Origin: Azolla caroliniana
Lineage: Eukaryota > Plantae > Polypodiophyta
NCBI GenBank assembly: GCA_043228905.1
Contig: JBHGNT010000013.1
Location: 14,756,001-14,820,000, forward strand
DNA: 64,000 bases
Reading direction: 5' to 3'
This document shows positions 61,677-64,000 of the stretch, piece by piece. A program made the translations under genes and the position numbers. The notes beneath the pieces are model-generated. The model saw only the letters and a program-made list of their open reading frames with translations. It did no database searches and was not told the origin of the DNA. The number at the start of each line of letters is the position of its first letter. Position 1 is the first letter of the stretch.

Positions 61677-63635
61677 CTAGCCATCATCATACGCATCAAG
61701 CCACATCTGCTCCTCTGAAAAACGTAGTTCTTCCTGATCAAGTAAACTTTGAGCTTCCCCATCTGCATCCGAAAGAAACCCATCAGATGATCTAGTTGAA
61801 TCCTGCCAAAATAAGCCCAATGATGCTGCTCTGTCCATTACAAGCTCAGACTGCCTTAGGCTCAAGTCTTTGCCCATTTCCTCCTCTGTTATGGCAGTTA
61901 TAATTCCTATATACGCCCTCTGAATCAGCCGAAAGAGCTTCAATCCTGCAGAACGAGCTTCGGCTTTCACGGCATCGACATCTCTTTCATCCACAAACTC
62001 ACATCGATCAATGAAGTGAGCGGCTTTATCTGGTCTATGCTTTAACGAGAATAACAAGTAAGCCCTCTCCACTTCTGTCCTTGAGCACCCTCTTGAAAGA
62101 CCGAGAACTCTATAGTGATCAACAGTATCATGGCCATTGCATCTATCACGTATCCCAATGGCTTTACTACTTATGAAATCAATGCAGCCTTGGAAATCAT
62201 TATCAATGCCATTAGATGAATGAATTTTACTTATCTCTCGTTGTAAGCTGTGGTTTTGGAGCAAAGCCTCATATAACAATTTCAGCTGCTCAAGGTCATG
62301 AAGACAATCAGCAAAGCATCCAATAGTCTCATAAAGCGTGGCTCGGGTACTCAGAGCTTCAGCACAAGCTGGGTTTAATGCAAGGGTCCTGTTACAATCG
62401 GCAATTGCATCAATTAGCCGATTAGCTGCATGGTATGCCTCGGCTCGGTGCATATAACACTCTGCGATGAATCCTTGAGGTGTACCTCTGCGTCCATCGA
62501 TTATCTTGGAAAAGTGTCTTGCTGCTTCATTGTATAATCCTGCCTCAAGTGCAGCTAATGCAGTTGTCCTTCTTCGAAGAAGGAATTTAATGTTGCCAAG
62601 AAGATAGCTAACAAGATTAGAATCTCCTCCACCTCCTGTCTCTGCAATAAAGCTATCCTCTCTCATGCTATTGCTCTGCTTTCTAATGGCCGCAGATGCA
62701 GCTCTCTTGCCAGTCGACAGCAAGACCATCGCATCCTCCATCATTCCGAGATGGCAACAAGCTTGGCCTAGAACTATATACCTCCACTGTTCCTTTTCTC
62801 CCTTCCTTGTAAAGCTGATCCACAGCTTAGGGTTTTTGAATGGGAAAAATGAGAAGCAATGGAAGAGCGAGACCTTCTTGCCTTTAAATTGGACAGGATG
62901 GCCTTCAAGAAGCCTGACCTTCTCCTTGTCCTCAGGGTCAACCACAGCAATACGTTGGTTTCTGAAGCTTGGGATGAAGTCGTGGAGAAGACTAGCAACA
63001 TCTTTAAATCTTCTCAAGTAGAGAAGAGCTCTTGCTTTCAATTCGATGGCTTTGTCCCACTGTGGAGAGAGCTTGAGGGCAGTGTCAAGGAGACTCAGGG
63101 CTAACTGGATATCTGCAGGATCTTGACTTGAGAGTAACTGTCTAGCCTTTGAAACATGCCTTTCAGCCAGCTGTGAAGTTCATAAGAAACAAACTAAATG
63201 TAAGGTTCATGAAGAGCAGAGAGGAAATCCACGGTTCCGTGGACCAATTGTTCAAATCTATAGTAGAGAGAGCTACAATTTTGAACAGAAAACTTCAGAT
63301 CAGGCATATACGAAAATAGAAACAGCGATGCAGTCTTGGTGCACTAATAATTATCCAAACCTATAGGAAGAAAAGAACTAGAATTTTGAACGCAAACTTC
63401 TGGACAGGCATATAATAAAGGAAATCGAAAACCATGAAACAGTTCTATGCACTAACTATTCATATTTATGGAAGAAAAAAGGCTACAATTTTGGCAGAAA
63501 GGACTTCTGAAACGTATTATATTGGAAAGATACAACTCTGCAAGAGGGTGAGAGAAAGATATATGTATGTGAGATACATACCTTTCTGCTGTTAAGCCAC
63601 TTTCGATGGAGAAGGAAGGTCAGGGCACCAGGCAT
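61677..63635 (-). CDS. TPR-repeat + DnaJ (J-domain) protein, ~515 aa; exons 63635-63582 and 63170-61677
   Basis: MPGALTFLLHRKWLNSRK|LAERHVSKARQLL...ELKARALLYLRRFKDVA...QWRYIVLGQACCHLG...AIADCNRTLAL...DHYRVLGLSRGCSRTEVERAYLLFSLKHRPDKA, the conserved plant TPR-DnaJ family. GT-AG intron in phase 0. Confidence 0.92.
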
Positions 63636-63861
63636 GGCATTCACTTTCTTTCTCGTTGTGCACACCTCTCATCCGCTTACCTTCTGAACAGTTTGCAAAT
63701 CCATGATCTACGGACAGAAATTTTTGAATGCAGATCGCCGGATTAGACACCAAAGAGAGGAGGCCATAACGAAAGAAACAATGCAGTACTCTGCGTTGAT
63801 ACCACTGGAAGGATGTATAAATGCATACCCTTTCTGCTTTTAACCCGTACATAGCTGGCGA

Positions 63862-63961
63862 NNNNNNNNNNNNNNNNNNNNNNNNNNNNNNNNNNNNNNN
63901 NNNNNNNNNNNNNNNNNNNNNNNNNNNNNNNNNNNNNNNNNNNNNNNNNNNNNNNNNNNNN
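63862..63961. other. Assembly gap (100 N)
   Basis: Run of N. Confidence 1.
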
Positions 63962-64000
63962 AAGGAGGGAAGATGCATACCTTTCCTTTTGCTAGTAAGC

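Noticed and set aside
63592-63978. ORF spanning the N run
   Set aside because: Artefact of translating through the assembly gap.

Overview
Eukaryotic land-plant nuclear DNA, most likely a fern (fern-style PLS-PPR, fern-type LTR families, abundant (CT)n, a plastid rpoB fragment with Ser at a likely C-to-U editing position). The left ~41 kb is a nested, mostly decayed transposon block. It holds three Ty1/copia elements, two non-chromovirus Ty3/gypsy elements (tRNA-Trp PBS, 4-bp TSD family), four solo LTRs, a full-length L1-type LINE bounded by (CT)n on both sides, an RTEX-like LINE fragment, a Mutator-like MITE and older L1 debris. The right ~22 kb is a gene island: a 7-exon VAP4-like MSP-domain gene, an intronless PLS-E PPR gene, a stand-alone SWIB gene, APC15 and a TPR+DnaJ gene. 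The window ends near a 100-N assembly gap. Highlights: (1) a conserved GGATTTT + 7-nt spacer + hairpin -1 frameshift signal between protease and RT in both gypsy copies; (2) tRNA-like A/B-box modules in the U3 region of two different solo LTRs; (3) a 523-bp rpoB-derived insert in the RT of a young copia; (4) an L1 apparently targeting (GA)n/(CT)n and lacking poly(A); (5) duplicated alternative terminal exons in the VAP gene. All calls are by eye; no searches were run.
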